DNA from: an uncultured virus (IMG/VR IMGVR_UViG_3300037843_000618)
Taxonomy: Duplodnaviria; Heunggongvirae; Uroviricota; Caudoviricetes
Direction: 5' to 3' (one strand)
IMG/VR virus record: IMGVR_UViG_3300037843_000618
DNA: 64,000 bases
In this document: positions 1 through 10,000 of the stretch, piece by piece
Layout of the letters: the number at the start of each line of letters is the position of its first letter
How positions within the stretch are numbered: the stretch's first letter is position 1
Program-made: the position numbers and the translations under genes
The notes under the pieces: generated by a model
The model's input: only the letters and a program-made list of their open reading frames with translations
Databases searched by the model: none
Told to the model about the DNA's origin: nothing

Positions 1-3000
1 TCTGCGAAGCCCGGCACGCAGATCATCATAAATGTCGGCTCCAAGGAAGCAGCCATGCAGAAAGTCGCCTACGTCTCCCACTGCCCCGGACACAAGAACT
101 CTAAGGGCGAGCTTGCCGAGTGGTGCGTGAAGTCCCACGAGACGGGAAAGATTCTGTCCAGCCACGGGACCGAGGCGGCAGCGAAGAAGCACCTTCAGGA
201 CATGCACGCGCACAGCGGCTCATCAGCGGGGGATTTCACCGACAAACCACTCGCAGACCCCGGACTAACCAGTTATCGCTATCGCGGAGATTATGGTTAC
301 GTCATGATTGGCGCAGCGGACATAGCGGACGCGCTAAGGGAAGCACAGCGGTCCATAGAAGGTGCGGCGGATATTGGACGACTAGAAGTATGGAACGGGA
401 CGGAGTACCAGCCGGTCGATGAGGGTCAGCAGGAGCCGGATTTCGACCAACTCCTGCACGAGGAGCAGATGGACGCCTCCGAGATCAAGGAGGGCGCTGA
501 CGACATAGGGCAGGGCGCGACGGCGGAGACGGTGGAGACGGAGCCTATTGGCGGCGAGCACCAGGACAAGGCGACGTCGGGAATGGGCACGGGGGCGTTC
601 GGCGGCACGGACCTCGAAGGCCCGTCCTTCAAGACGCCGTTCCATGTCGGCTTCACCTTCCGTGGCACGCAGCGCGAAGCGTCGTTCTCATCGTTCAAGG
701 AAGCGCATACATTCATTAAAAACGCATCCGCACGGTTCGGCAAGGTCGCTGGCAACTGGACAATGAGGTGCCCGTGGTGCAAAGGGCAAGCCACAAAGAG
801 CAAGCCCGATGATTCCTATTCTTGCAGGTGCGGCTGGAACTCCCACACTGCCGTGGACAAGAACGGAAGGAAGAAAGAAAAGAAGGCCAGCCTAGAAAAG
901 GCTGCTGCTGCCGACCCCGCGAAGCGCAACCTCGTGCTGGAGATTCTCAGCCACGGCGCGAAGACGACGGGCGAGATCGAGAAGGCCCTCGGCGGCGGCA
1001 AGTACACGAACATATCCTGGCCCATCCTTCAGGAGCTTGCGCACGAAAAGCTGATCAGCCACAAGCAGATGCGCTGGAGCCTGAAGGCTTCCGTCAAGAC
1101 TGCGGAGTGGAAGGGCTGGACCGAGGACATGCCGGTGGAGGTTGTCGGCGACAAGGGTTTTGAGACGTTCCCGAACCTCGCGGCGGCGAAGGCGAAGTAC
1201 CCGACGCTTGACCCAGAGCACAATACCCACAATTTCACATGGGCGATGGCTGGGCGGCAGATCGACGGCAAGCCTTCAATTCGCTTTGAGACTTGGCCCG
1301 CAAACAAGATGTACAGCGCATCCGTCAAGAAGGCGACGTTCGGCAAGACGGCGCTCTCCATCGAGACGCGGATCAGCGCGGCCGGCGGCGCGGACGTGCT
1401 CACGGAGATCGTGAACAAGCTGAACGCGATCCATGCTTACCTGGAAAAGAAAGACCCACGGGGCTTCATGGACTCCTTCGAGTCGCGGCTCCCGAATTTC
1501 ATGATGGACATCGCGCAGGACATGAACCTCCAGATGGACTACACGCCCGAGAACGACACGTACATGTTCTATGACATGGCGGGGGCAGGCACTAAGGGTA
1601 AGAAGTTCGAGGAGTTCGAGCAGGTGCAGTCCTCCCTCAAAAGCGCGGTCATTCGCATCACTTCCGTGAAGAGCATGCCCCAGAAAGGCACGCCGGAGTG
1701 GGCGCAGCTTCAGATCGCCGTCCAGACGATGAAGATGCCCGACCCGATGGCCAACGTCATGGGCGGACCAGACAGGGCCGAGTCGGAGCGGATACTGGCG
1801 CAGTACGGCCTGAAGTGGGACGAGGAAGCCTACATGGCGGGGGGCAAGGGCGTGAAGAAGGCGAATTCGGAAGAGCAGGTCAAGACGGCCGACGGCAACT
1901 TAAGACAGCAGGCTTTGGCACTTGCTGAGCGGACTGTTGACGCCTATTCCCATGACAATTACCAAAACTGGGCGGCGGTCTGCCTGATGCTGCTCCAGCG
2001 CGGGTTCACGGAGCGCGAGGCGGAAGCGATACTCCGCTCGAAGTGGACGCGGTGGGCCGGGGATGCGAGCGACAAGCCCTACGGCAGGCACACGTCAAAA
2101 GATTTAGCCCGGTTCCTTGACCAGCAGAAGAACCTCAAAGAAGAAGTCCGCCAGCTTACGCTGGAGACCTTCGGCGCGTCAGGGGAGCCGGGCAGTGAAG
2201 AAAAAGAAGCCGCAAAGACGGCGGGGGATGGTATGGCAAAAACGGAAGAGCAGGTCGAAAAGGAAGCGGGCTTTAATTTCTTTTTCCCCGGACAGGTGGT
2301 GAAGGAGTTCTACCCGGAGCTTCAGCACGAGATCGTGGACTACCCGAACGCTACCAACCAGCCGATGAGCGGCGCTGGCAACCCCGAGATCGTCGGCGAC
2401 AACAGCGGCGAGATCGAGGGCATGCTCGACGACGCGCTCGACACCAATGTGATCGAGATGATCCAGCTACCGGCCGACGTCGGCGAGGTCGAGCCTCTCG
2501 CGGTGGCGGCGGCGGACTACTCGTCCACCGACCCGGCGGGCGGCATGGGGATCGGGCGTGACGGCAAACCCGAAGTCCTCGAAGGCGTCCCTTTGAGGAA
2601 AGAGAACGATATTAGAGGGTATATGTTTACTGATGAGTTCTATGGTCAGTACGAGGGAATACCGGGGGCAGCTATGGCGGTGGCATCCAAGAAAGCGGCC
2701 AAGGGCGACGAGTCGAAGCAGTTCGCCCTGTTCCTCAAGAAGGTCTGCGGCGAGATAGCGGCGACTCTCGTCGGCGCTTTCAAGATAACGTCCCGCCCGC
2801 TCCTCGACAAAGTGCCGGGCATGGGCGAGCTTCAGCTTGACACCATCGAGCAGGGTTCGCAGGCAATGCCGCTGGGGCAGACCACACAAGGCGGCCGCGT
2901 CAGGTGGCTGATGAAGGAACTCAACGACTCAGAAGTGAAAAATGCCATTAACGAAGCCTGGGCGCAGGCTGCTGTGTGGAACGATAACCCGGACGGCGGG

Positions 3001-3090
3001 TTCGTCTACGAGGTTTTCGTCCGCCCGGAAACTATTGACACCGAGTCGCTGGTTCTGAAATATAAATTTGTCTGTGGGACCCGCGAATAA
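1..3090 (+). CDS. Multi-module polyvalent/head-associated protein, 5'-truncated by the window edge (>1029 aa)
   Basis: Frame 1 is open from base 1 (SAKPGTQIIINVGSKEAA-MQKVA...), so the ORF begins upstream of the window. Contains a CPWC..CRC Zn ribbon, a wHTH-like segment and many KTA/KKA/KEA/KSA linkers. Confidence 0.8.
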   Translation, partial: SAKPGTQIIINVGSKEAAMQKVAYVSHCPGHKNSKGELAEWCVKSHETGKILSSHGTEAAAKKHLQDMHAHSGSSAGDFTDKPLADPGLTSYRYRGDYGYVMIGAADIADALREAQRSIEGAADIGRLEVWNGTEYQPVDEGQQEPDFDQLLHEEQMDASEIKEGADDIGQGATAETVETEPIGGEHQDKATSGMGTGAFGGTDLEGPSFKTPFHVGFTFRGTQREASFSSFKEAHTFIKNASARFGKVAGNWTMRCPWCKGQATKSKPDDSYSCRCGWNSHTAVDKNGRKKEKKASLEKAAAADPAKRNLVLEILSHGAKTTGEIEKALGGGKYTNISWPILQELAHEKLISHKQMRWSLKASVKTAEWKGWTEDMPVEVVGDKGFETFPNLAAAKAKYPTLDPEHNTHNFTWAMAGRQIDGKPSIRFETWPANKMYSASVKKATFGKTALSIETRISAAGGADVLTEIVNKLNAIHAYLEKKDPRGFMDSFESRLPNFMMDIAQDMNLQMDYTPENDTYMFYDMAGAGTKGKKFEEFEQVQSSLKSAVIRITSVKSMPQKGTPEWAQLQIAVQTMKMPDPMANVMGGPDRAESERILAQYGLKWDEEAYMAGGKGVKKANSEEQVKTADGNLRQQALALAERTVDAYSHDNYQNWAAVCLMLLQRGFTEREAEAILRSKWTRWAGDASDKPYGRHTSKDLARFLDQQKNLKEEVRQLTLETFGASGEPGSEEKEAAKTAGDGMAKTEEQVEKEAGFNFFFPGQVVKEFYPELQHEIVDYPNATNQPMSGAGNPEIVGDNSGEIEGMLDDALDTNVIEMIQLPADVGEVEPLAVAAADYSSTDPAGGMGIGRDGKPEVLEGVPLRKENDIRGYMFTDEFYGQYEGIPGAAMAVASKKAAKGDESKQFALFLKKVCGEIAATLVGAFKITSRPLLDKVPGMGELQLDTIEQGSQAMPLGQTTQGGRVRWLMKELNDSEVKNAINEAWAQAAVWNDNPDGGFVYEVFVRPETIDTESLVLKYKFVCGTRE

Positions 3091-3100
3091 GGAGAGCAGC

Positions 3101-3373
3101 ATGGCAGACTTGGCAGTACGAGCGGAGATGATCCGCAAGATGGCGGCGAAAGAGATCGCACGCCACACGAAACAGGCTGAAACACCGATGAGCGGTGATC
3201 CGCCGCTTATGGGTCTGAAGCGCTACCCCGAGTTCTCGCTGCTCGTGGACAAGATCGTCCACGCCGTTGTCATCGAGATCAACGCCGAGGCGAGAAAGAT
3301 CAAGTCAGAGATGCCCTACAAGGCTCAGTTCGTCCTTGAAGAAGTCATCAGGGAGCTTCAGGAGCGCGTATGA
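3101..3373 (+). CDS. Hypothetical protein (90 aa)
   Basis: GGAG RBS before ATG 3101; ATGA overlap with next gene. Confidence 0.7.
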   Translation: MADLAVRAEMIRKMAAKEIARHTKQAETPMSGDPPLMGLKRYPEFSLLVDKIVHAVVIEINAEARKIKSEMPYKAQFVLEEVIRELQERV

Positions 3374-3741
3374 GGCTTGTTCGCATCACAGGCTCCGGCT
3401 TCGTGAAAACCGGGGCTGTCGCTGACGGTTGTCCCGTCGAGTTCCGCCACTGGAAAGACGTGATCGACGAATGCGACCGCGAGCTTGAGTCCGCCGTCGC
3501 CTCCGAGGAGGAGGAGGCGGTCGTGGAGCTTTGGCTCGAAGACCCGGCGTCCTTCCAAGCCGCATTCAACGAAGAAGAGCCGGGCGCTGTGCCGTTGCAT
3601 CACACGGGGAGCATGCTCCGCTGCGCCGACAGCTTCGGGCGCAAGCAGGCCGTCGTGCGCGAGGCGAACTGGGATGCAGAATTCGCTGATGTAAAAGCGC
3701 ACGTCGCGTCGGTGCTTGGCAGGCTGGGCAACGGGCGGTAG
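3370..3741 (+). CDS. Hypothetical protein (123 aa)
   Basis: ORF coupled to upstream gene by ATGA overlap. Confidence 0.7.
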   Translation: MRLVRITGSGFVKTGAVADGCPVEFRHWKDVIDECDRELESAVASEEEEAVVELWLEDPASFQAAFNEEEPGAVPLHHTGSMLRCADSFGRKQAVVREANWDAEFADVKAHVASVLGRLGNGR

Positions 3742-3905
3742 ACAGTATTAGAGACCATGCGTCGCGGCTGCTGGCGACTTTCTAGGGGTTTCCAGCGGCG
3801 CAAAAGCAACGCGGCGCTCCAAATTTGCGGTCAGAAAAACCCTGACGAAATGGTTGGACGACTTAGCCGTGCCGAAAGGCGAAAAGGCGATCTAGGACGC
3901 CGTCC

Positions 3906-4079
3906 GTGAAAGCGAAAGCTGGATCGGCGGCAGAGGGCAGAAGGAAAACCACGCGGGTAGCGCCCGTTGAAGACAGTCAACTTCCTGATGACCTCGACTG
4001 GTTTGCAAGGCTGATCCAGCGACCGCAACGACATATGGGCTTCGCCATGGGGCACCTCTACCGCGTGGCGGGCCGATAA
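3906..4079 (+). CDS. Small hypothetical protein (57 aa, MKAKAGSAAEGRRKTTRVAPVEDSQLPDDLDWFARLIQRPQRHMGFAMGHLYRVAGR)
   Basis: Below ORF-track cutoff; AGGA upstream of GTG; GTGA overlap with a 50-aa ORF at 3757-3909. Confidence 0.45.
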   Translation: MKAKAGSAAEGRRKTTRVAPVEDSQLPDDLDWFARLIQRPQRHMGFAMGHLYRVAGR

Positions 4080-4080
4080 T

Positions 4081-4108
4081 GGGGTTGAGCAACTACGCTC
4101 TCAACCCC
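4081..4108. terminator. Hairpin between convergent genes (possible bidirectional terminator)
   Basis: GGGGTTGAG-N10-CTCAACCCC inverted repeat followed by an AT-rich tract. Confidence 0.5.
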
Positions 4109-4130
4109 AAATTTATTTGGGGCCTTATTT

Positions 4131-7001
4131 TTAATCGCTGGGTTTGGGAAGCCGGGACTCCAGTTCCTTCACCTTGGCTCTCAACTCAAAGATGTGGATG
4201 TACAGTTCTTCGATCTTCTCCAGCAGGACGTCGGTGCGGGAGAACAGTTCCCGCTTCTCGCCCACACGGGGAAGTTGCAGGTTCTCCTTGGCATACGTCT
4301 CGATCTGGGAAAGGGACTGGAACTCGTAGTCCTTTGCTCCCGGATTGTCCGCGAACTTGACGATTTCCCCCGTGAAGTATTTCTCAAGCACGTAGTCCGG
4401 GTTGTTGTAAACCGCGTTGTTGAGGTAGATTCCCGAGGAGACGTTGATGGTTCCCGTGCCCAGAGCGCCCCCGGTGGCGGCACCGACCACGAGGTCGGCG
4501 TTTATCAGGACGGGGGGGTTTATCTGAAGGTTGGATGTCGATGAGTGCATGGCGATGCCCCAGATTGCCCGCGCCGCGCCCGCCGCGTTTGTCCCGTAAA
4601 ACACAAAATTGTCGTCGGTCTGGCTGGAGAAGTACGGATTTCCGGCTTCCTTGTCCGTGAATATGTAGGCCGAGCCGTTGGTGGCAAGCGTCACATTCCC
4701 GGCGGCGGTGACGTTTCCGGCTATGTTGCCAATGTACGTCGAGATCGTCGGCGTGGCGTATATCGTGTAGCCCGCCTCGCTCGTGACGAAAGCCGTAGTC
4801 CAGCCCGTGTTCCATCCGGTCGCCGCTTGGTTGCCGACCCAGACGTCCACAGAAAAGTCCGGGTATTCCCACGTGGTCGTGGTGGTGCCCAGCAGAATGC
4901 ACGCGTTCGTCCCGTCGTCGGCGAAGCGCACGGAGGTGAACGGGGGCGTGCCCAGGATCGTCGCGGTGCAGTTCTGCCAAGGGCCAGACCCGCCGTGCAC
5001 CTGCCCGCCGCATATTGCTTCCCATGCGCCGTATGTGGAGAAGTCGTATCCTGTGACGCGCACCCACAGGAAATTTTGAGCTGTCCTGTTGGCGTTGGGC
5101 AGGATCAGCTTGAGCGTTCCCGTCTTCGCGCTGGCTGTGACGTCCAAGTCCAGCACGTGCCTGTATTCCACGAAGTTGGAGCCGATTATCGGGGTCGCCA
5201 GCGTGGGGCTGTTCTGGAGAACGATGGGGCTGGTGCTGGTGCCTGTTGAGCCGTTTTCCAGGATGGTCGCATTTGGCACATCTATATCTTGGATTGACAT
5301 CCAGCCTGTCTGCACGGGAAGCTGGGCCGAGTGGTAGAAGCTCGCTATGCCGCACTCCCAAGGGTCGCCACCGAGCAGCGAGAACGTCGCGTCGTAGGTA
5401 CCGGCGGCGACCGGATACTGGTCCTCCAGGGCCGACCGCTGAGCCGCCGATGTCGTCCTCAGCGTGTAGCCCGCGCCCGCCGTCCAGGTGTTGCCGCCCT
5501 CGTCCCCGTAGCCTATGAGCAGGGAGGACGCGGCGGTGGTCGTTATGTTGTTGGACGTCGGCGAGCCGTTGTTGCCGGTCGCAGCCGCGTTGGCGGGGCC
5601 GAGCGTGTCAACCCCCGAGTATTCGGCGAGCGAAATCTGGACGTAGGTGGCGGTCGCGCCGCTCCACGTCGCGGTGACGGTGTTCGCCCCGGCGTTGCAG
5701 TTGAGCGCGTACCACGCCTGCCCGGTGTGCGTCCCCGACACTCCCATCTTCGGGAACGACTGCCAAAGGTTGCCCAGAGAGTCCGTGACGGACGTTATGG
5801 TGAGGCCCGCCACGTCCTCCCAGCCGAACACGGCGAAAAGCAGGTTGCCCAGCGCGTTGGTGTTGTTGTATAGCAGCGACTCGGTGGACACGCCGCCGGG
5901 GTTGGCGAAATAGGTGTCCTGCCCCTGCACGAACGCGATGGTCCCGGTCGGGCCTATCTGCGCGAGGAACTTCTTGGTGTTGTTGGCGTTGACGGCGTTG
6001 ATGTTGTTCCCGAAGGACACGTCGGTGAAATTGATCTGGGACCACGCCGGGGCAGCGGATGTCCCCGAGGAGGAGGCCAGGAAATTCACCGGCCCGTACG
6101 AAATGTCGGCTATTATCCCCTCATTGAATCCGGCGTATGTCGGGGGCACGGCGGTGTCGTACGCGCTTTTCAGGGAACCCGTGATATAGGCGGTGTTGGG
6201 CGTCACGAACGTGGTCAGATTGTTGTAGTATTGGTCCCCGGCGTTCGTCTCGGAACTCAGGACGGCGTAGACCGTGCCCGACACGAGCGTGACGGGCGTG
6301 ATCGCCCCGTACAGGTACGTCCCCGGCGTCGCCCCGACGGTGTTCACGGTGACGCTTCCGAGGACGGTCAAGGTCGATGCCACGATGCTGCAAAGGTAGA
6401 GCGTGTGCGTCCCCGAGTTTCCCGAAATCACCCACCTGCCTAGCGACCCCACGGTGGGGGGAGTGGCCGACGCCGTGAAGAAGCAGCCGACGCAGCCCGT
6501 GAAGCTGTTCACCGGCGACCCCAAAATCTGGCCCGTGATCAGGTACGCGGGCACCGCTGCGGTCCCCGCCTGGGAAAGGTACTGCTTCTGGGCCACGACG
6601 TTTCCCGCGAGCCGCGCTGCTGCGGGGGTGGCGTTCTCGTAGATGATGTCCCCGAGGGTGGTCATCGGGTTCGCGAAGCCGGAAACTGTGCTTGTGATCG
6701 TTATGGAACCTGGCGGAGACCCGGTCGATGACACGGTTATCCCCGTGCCGCTCTCTATGATGACGGTCCCGTTGAGGTTGTTGATGGAAGTCACGCCCGA
6801 TGCTGTGCCTGCCGGGATCAGCCAAGTACCGGCCTCGCTAAGGAATTTGGTCGTGGTCGTGCCGTCAGCCCCGAACAGGTTTCCGATAGTGATGGCGGCG
6901 AGGGACGCCACGCCGTTCGCCGTGATGACGGTGACGAACTCGTTGGCGACGGCTCCGCCCCCGGTGATCTTGAACGGAGTTTTGATTTCCGATTGGCTCA
7001 T
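4131..7001 (-). CDS. Tail fibre/spike-like protein with C-terminal peptidase-S74-like chaperone region (about 956 aa)
   Basis: T/G/S-rich mosaic protein; C-terminus PDYVLEKYF...LSQIETYAKENLQLP...LLEKIEELYIHIFELRAKVKELE with coiled coil. Start at 7001 gives a TGATG overlap with the upstream gene. Confidence 0.7.
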   Translation of the reverse strand: MSQSEIKTPFKITGGGAVANEFVTVITANGVASLAAITIGNLFGADGTTTTKFLSEAGTWLIPAGTASGVTSINNLNGTVIIESGTGITVSSTGSPPGSITITSTVSGFANPMTTLGDIIYENATPAAARLAGNVVAQKQYLSQAGTAAVPAYLITGQILGSPVNSFTGCVGCFFTASATPPTVGSLGRWVISGNSGTHTLYLCSIVASTLTVLGSVTVNTVGATPGTYLYGAITPVTLVSGTVYAVLSSETNAGDQYYNNLTTFVTPNTAYITGSLKSAYDTAVPPTYAGFNEGIIADISYGPVNFLASSSGTSAAPAWSQINFTDVSFGNNINAVNANNTKKFLAQIGPTGTIAFVQGQDTYFANPGGVSTESLLYNNTNALGNLLFAVFGWEDVAGLTITSVTDSLGNLWQSFPKMGVSGTHTGQAWYALNCNAGANTVTATWSGATATYVQISLAEYSGVDTLGPANAAATGNNGSPTSNNITTTAASSLLIGYGDEGGNTWTAGAGYTLRTTSAAQRSALEDQYPVAAGTYDATFSLLGGDPWECGIASFYHSAQLPVQTGWMSIQDIDVPNATILENGSTGTSTSPIVLQNSPTLATPIIGSNFVEYRHVLDLDVTASAKTGTLKLILPNANRTAQNFLWVRVTGYDFSTYGAWEAICGGQVHGGSGPWQNCTATILGTPPFTSVRFADDGTNACILLGTTTTTWEYPDFSVDVWVGNQAATGWNTGWTTAFVTSEAGYTIYATPTISTYIGNIAGNVTAAGNVTLATNGSAYIFTDKEAGNPYFSSQTDDNFVFYGTNAAGAARAIWGIAMHSSTSNLQINPPVLINADLVVGAATGGALGTGTINVSSGIYLNNAVYNNPDYVLEKYFTGEIVKFADNPGAKDYEFQSLSQIETYAKENLQLPRVGEKRELFSRTDVLLEKIEELYIHIFELRAKVKELESRLPKPSD

Positions 7002-10000
7002 CACGTCATCTCCGTCACTGCCACGTGCCCGCCCGTGCTCGCCACGATTGCGTTGATCGCGCCCTTCCACACGTCGGATATGTAGCTTCCGCCCGTCCCG
7101 TCATGTGCCGTCGCACAGGGGGAGAGAGCCACGTGGTATGTCGTTGCCGTAGGCACCTGTCCCAGCCCGAGATACACGACTACGACGTCGGTGTTGACTA
7201 CCGTGACTTCCCGCCGCGCCGTGTTGGCTGCCAGGACTGCGGAAGAGGAGGAAGTCACGGCGGTGTTGGCGCAAGCGCCGGCCGTGGTTGAGCCTGGTTC
7301 GGTGACAACCAAGGCGGCATCGGTCGCCAACGCGGCGGTAGAAGCGGGCTTGACAGTGGCAATGGAAACTGGAACCGCGACGCCGTTCGCGATGCCTTGA
7401 ATCGTTACCACGTCCGTGTCTGCCTGGCCCGCCAAGCCAGCGCCGCAGATTCTCATGCGGGGTTCGGCGGGGGACGCGGCGTTAGTGACGGCGGAGGCTA
7501 TAGTAGCTGTCGCCGTGTCGGAGACGACCCAAGGGCTTGTGGACTGGGTGACGGCGACGGAGGAATTGGTCAGATTGACGTTGAGGCTGGTCCCCGTTCC
7601 CGTCAATGTCGTCTGCGTCCCGCCGACAGCCGCCTGCAACCCGGCCATGACAGGCAATGCGTAGACGCTCGTCGCCACGGCGGTGCCCATTACGCCGAGC
7701 GTGGTCGCGTTTGTGTTGTCCGCGAGGGCCACGAACACCGAGTTGATCTTCGAGGTCGCGGTGCCGGTCAGCCCGCTGACCCCCTGCACTGTCGAAGCCG
7801 CAGGGGTCGTAGTGGCGGTTCCGGACACCGTGACGGCTCCGTTCACGACCCAAGGCGATGTGACCTGTGTGACGCCGATGGAACTCTCGGTGAAGGTAAC
7901 CGTCAACGGGTTCATCACCTCGACTTGCAGAACCGGCGAGGCGGGCGACCCGTAGGCGCTCACGGCAGACGCAAGCGAAGCGAGAGAGGCGTTGCCCGTA
8001 GTGTCGGAGACTGCCCACGGGGACGTGCCCTGGTTGACTGTGCCGATCACCTTCGTCGTCTCGGTGTTGAGGATCACGCGCAGGTTCCCCGCCGTGTCCG
8101 TCGAGAGCGGAACTTGGTAAGTTGTCGTGTAGGACGGCGCGGCCGTGGTCGCCACCGCTGGCAAGACTCCAAGATAATCCGCCACCGGCGTCGCGGAGTT
8201 GGTCGTGAGCGTGCCGCGTATACGCTGGCGGCCGGAGAGGTCAACCGATTCCAAAACTTGATAGCCCTCTGTCCATATCGGAGTTGCCGCGTTTGCCACG
8301 GCAGGGATAACCCCAAGGTTCTGGTTCGACGGCGCGGCGGTGTTGTTGCTCAGGGAACCGCCTATGTTGAAGGTGTTGTTCGGGGAGATAGCCACGACCA
8401 GCGCGGGGTCGGATGCCACCGCCGACGCGGAGGGTCCCTTGACCGCAACGGGGCCGTGCGTCCCGTCCGTTATCTCCATGGGCCAAGCATTGCCGATGGC
8501 AGCCGGGGTGCCTTGGTTGCTGTTCACGTTGACGGTGCCCGTGGTTATGGTGGTGGAGACGTTCGGGGACGCCAAGCTTTGCGTGACATAGGAGATCACG
8601 ACTTGCCCACTCGGGGGACTGCCCGAAATTTGCTGCGTCAAATAGGCGCGGAAATAGTTGAAGCCTGTGATATTGAAGAGCAAGGCGGTCGTGCCGGCCG
8701 TGAGGGTAACCACGGCGCTGTTTTCCGCTTGACCTGTGCCGATGTTCACGCCGATTAACCCGACCCAGTTCGTCCCGTCAACGCTGACTTGGAAGGTGAT
8801 TTGCCCCCCGCCGAAGGTGCCAGAACCTACTAGCACGACGCTCACGGTGTTGTAATTGAAGTTGTTGACAACGATATTCAGCGAAGTGTCTAGAAGGGTG
8901 CTAGCCGTCCAAGTAGCGGCGGCGAGAGACGACGCGCCGGAACCGGAGACGGATAGGGCGGCTTCGGCGCTCACGGCCGCGTTCATGTAGGTTCCGGTTA
9001 TCGGCTCCTTGCCAGCGATGACGGAACGGGTAAGGGCTGCGAGGCTGTAATCCGTCAATGACGCGGCAATCATATCGACTGAGTCGGTCGTGCCTAGCGC
9101 CAAGCAGGGGGTAGTAATCGCTAGATTGGAAGTGTTTCCAGCGTTTTCTACTTCTATCGTCACATTCCAGTCCGTGGTGTAAGCGTAGGGCGTGGTCAGG
9201 GTATTCGGGAAAAGGAACGTGTGCATCGTGACCCAGACGCCATCGGGGGCGAACACGTCCAGGACGACCGGGGCGGTCCCGAACCATGCCCCACGGATGC
9301 GGTAGATGTTGATGTTGGCGAGGTTGAGGGCTACCGGAACGCCCAAGGAGGTAAAGGCGGAATTGTCGGAGCCGTTGCAGGGGTCGCCGTTGAAGCTTGC
9401 TCTCGCGACGGACGGCGCGGAGTTGGCGGTCCCGCCGACCAGCACGCCGTTCTGGTATTGCGTGATCCCGAACGTTGTTCCCTCGAACCCGATCCAGAAG
9501 CCGTCCGTGGTATTGTAGGGACCAATGCGCTGGTGGGAAGACGCCGCGCCCGTCGCGAAGCTCGCAGTGAAGTAGCAATACCACTCGTGGCCGGGGCGGT
9601 AGTCGAATGCCTGGACCGAAACGCCCGTCGCTCTCCCAGCGACGTCCACGCCGGTGGCATAGGTGGCGCAGCCGTTGGCCTGCGTGTAGGTTCCCGTGGT
9701 GTTGCTTGTGTTCGTTATCAGGCTGGCGTTGAACGGCTCCGAGAAGTTGAGTTCGACCTGGTTGTTCCTGGTCCCCGTCACGATGCTGTCGGCAAGGGAG
9801 CTTGCTTCCCGGCTCTGGACGTACAGACCCCCGTCCAAGCCAACAGAGAGGGCGGTTAGGTTGCCTTGGGTTTTTCCGGGGCGGTTGTATACCGCCTTGG
9901 CGGGCAAGACCCCCAAATTGTTTGTGGATGGCGCTGCGTTGTTGTCGGACAGCGTGCCAGCGACGACCCAAGGAGAAGTAGACTGGGTCACAGCGACCGT

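Noticed and set aside
3826..4028. Possible structured RNA or hammerhead (TTGCGGTC/GACCGCAA pairing, GAAA tetraloops, CTGACGA and CTGATGA strings)
   Set aside because: Hammerhead core geometry is not satisfied. The region is explained by two coupled small ORFs (3757-3909 and 3906-4079). Not fully excluded.
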